A DNA stretch of 64,000 nucleotides from Mobula hypostoma (lineage: Eukaryota). Shown piece after piece: positions 61,784-64,000 of this stretch; the stretch's first letter is position 1, and each line of letters begins with the position of its first letter. The stretch covers positions 235,478,001-235,542,000 of the forward strand of contig NC_086097.1 of the NCBI RefSeq assembly GCF_963921235.1, in the 5' to 3' direction. The position numbers were made by a program, and so were the translations under genes. The notes below the pieces were generated by a model, which was not told the DNA's origin, made no database searches, and saw only the letters and a list, made by a program, of their open reading frames with translations.

Positions 61784-62207
61784 CCCTAACCCATCTCATC
61801 CTAGCGTCCAAATGCCTCTTTCCCACATCACAGTACTGATTCTTCTGTCTAGAGACACAGAGGACTTGATCTTCGCTGAGCAACAACTCCAACACAAATT
61901 CACTAAGCGGTACCTATTACAAACCATAGCTTTCTCAATCAAAAGCAGGAGGAATGCACCATTTCATAGAAAACTCACCTGTCATCATTTGGTACCTTCA
62001 TCCTCACCTGGCCTCATTAGCCATCCATCATAGAACCCAGAAACCCAGAGTAGAAGCAAGTCATGATAGCGCCTGGGAAGAAGAAATTTACACAGAACAT
62101 GGAGAACATAGGAACTGGCCCTTCCGCTCACAATGTTGTGCTAAGTTAATTGCATCAATGTTCAAATTCCAATCACACTAATCCCTTCTGCCTGTGCAAT
62201 GCTTTCA

Positions 62208-62595
62208 ACTCACAAAATGCTGCAGGAACTCAATAGGTCAGGCAGCATCAATGGACAGGAATAAACAGTCAACATTTTGGACCAAGACTCTTCAAAGGAC
62301 TGGAAGGGAAGGGGTAAGCAGACACAATAAGAAGCTGGGTGAAGGGAAGGAGTGCAAGTACAAGGTGATAACTGAAGCCAGCTAGGTGGGGAAGGGGGAT
62401 AAAGTGAGAAGCTGGGAGGTGGTAGGTGGAAAAGGTAAAGGGCTGAAGAAGAGTGGACCAAGAGGAGGCGGAGCACCAAGGGGAGGTAATAAGCAGGTGA
62501 AGAGAAGATAAGGAGTAAGAGGGGAGCCAGAGTGGAGAATGGAAAGAACAGGAAAAGGAAGGGAGAAAATTACTGGAAGTTAGAGGAATCAATGG
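62208..62595 (-). mobile_element. PLE terminal fragment, decayed hammerhead
   Basis: Minus strand CCAGTCCTTTGAAGAGTCTTGGTCCAAAATGTTGACTG. Confidence 0.7.
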
Positions 62596-63519
62596 TTTTT
62601 TTTTAAGTCACTGCACTTTTTATATACATTTTCTTAAATGACTGGATAGAATTGATAATGATTGGATAGATATCTAGATTTGTTGTACATACATAAATAG
62701 CTCTTCCAGTTTTGGGATTTGGAAATGTTGGCAGAATTACAAGGGGCATTTTTGTGAGTCAGGTGAAATCTCACGAGAAGAACATTTTATTTTCACCATT
62801 AAAACTTCCAGTGAGGGAATATTTATGACTGTTGGATTATGTATAGACATTTGGGGAATATAAAAGGTTAATGTGTGCACCACAGCTAAGGGGGATTGCC
62901 TTAATCTAAATTAAAATAATAATATTTATTTTCCATGTGAATGCATTCATCTTATACTAATCACATTATAAGCAATCAGAATCCTTGCTCAATCCTTCCT
63001 GCCTGTGATGTGGAGGTGTTTCATTCAAATCAAATTGGAGAATAAATAACTTCGCAGAAATTGAGACTCGCCCCTGCCACTCAACTGGCTCATGACCTCA
63101 GAATTACCATTAGCTCAATAACAGAATTGTCCTACTTTGTTATCTTTTCTGCGGGGCCTGCAAAAGGCGGATGGTTGATGGGCTGTAGGCCAAAATTCAC
63201 TAACCAGGTTTGTAGCAGGTGATGCTGCCAGTTCAAGAAGAACTTGTACTGACTGAAGGGCTTTTCATTTTTGTGCAGTCATCACTGCACATCGCACTTT
63301 GTAATAATTAAATGGAAAAAAAAACTCCTTTGTATTACATAGAGTATGCAAAGTGGTCTTATCTCCCAATATAAAATCATCCAACTCTATGTCTTAATAA
63401 CTCATCACCTAAAGAATGTGCAATTATAGTACAGAATATATGCAGACTTACCTCATTTAAAATTAGTAAAATGGTGAAAATTATATATATATATTTATTA
63501 TTATATTAGAGACTATCTA

Positions 63520-63915
63520 TCAGGTATACTAGCCTTCGTAGTATCCAAGATATCATTAAGGAACGGTGCCTTTGGAAGCCATTGTCCATCATTAAGGACC
63601 ACCACGCCCTCTTCACACTGTTACTGTTAGGGAGGAGGTACAGAAATCTAAAGGCACACACTCAGTGATTTAGGCACAGCTTCTTCCCCCCTGCCATCTG
63701 ATTTCTAAATGGACATTGAACACATGAACACAATCTCATTATTTTTCTTCTTTTTTGCATTACTTATTTTAACTTCACTATTTAATAGACATATATATCT
63801 CCTTTCTGTAATTCACATTTTTTCTCTTTATTTATTATCATGTATGACATTGTACTGCCGCCTTAAAGTTAACAAATTTCATGACATATGCCGGTGATAC
63901 TAAATCTGATTCTGT
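63520..63915 (+). mobile_element. Rex1/Babar 3' end
   Basis: HALFTLLLLGRRYRNLKAHTQ*FRHSFFP; TCTGATTCTG tail. Confidence 0.85.
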
Positions 63916-63919
63916 CTAT

Positions 63920-64000
63920 AACTCAGGGACATAGCTTCAAGATATGTGAGAACAGTCTTAGGATGGAGATGAAGAGAAAGTTTGTTTCAGAGAGTAGTGA
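63920..64000 (+). mobile_element. CR1 3' fragment running off the window
   Basis: GGGACATAGCTTCAAGAT...TTTCAGAGAGTAGTGA. Confidence 0.6.

Overview
Eukaryotic, AT-rich, repeat-dominated vertebrate DNA. The mix of CR1 LINEs with (CTATGTTT)n tails, V-domain tRNA SINEs, Rex1/Babar, L1, RTE and Penelope-like elements suggests a cartilaginous fish, probably a ray (inference). No multi-exon host CDS can be supported. The ORF-track entries I could recognise are retroelement fragments or their antisense shadows. The only host-gene signal is a candidate 27-nt microexon (9416-9442), so the window may be intronic. Most notable: (i) minimal hammerhead-ribozyme motifs in Penelope-like element (PLE) termini, two of them 1019 nt apart in a very recent CR1/PLE tandem duplication (10735-12826) with a mappable crossover, giving a retrozyme-like layout; (ii) an L1 with twin-priming 5' inversion geometry and a recognisable TSD (31771-35515); (iii) a young CR1 with a frameshift-free ORF2 and a multi-layer nested CR1/Rex/SINE stack; (iv) solo LTRs, a Gypsy LTR-PBS-gag remnant and hAT/Tc1 MITEs. 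Boundaries were read by eye and are approximate unless a TSD or TIR is quoted.
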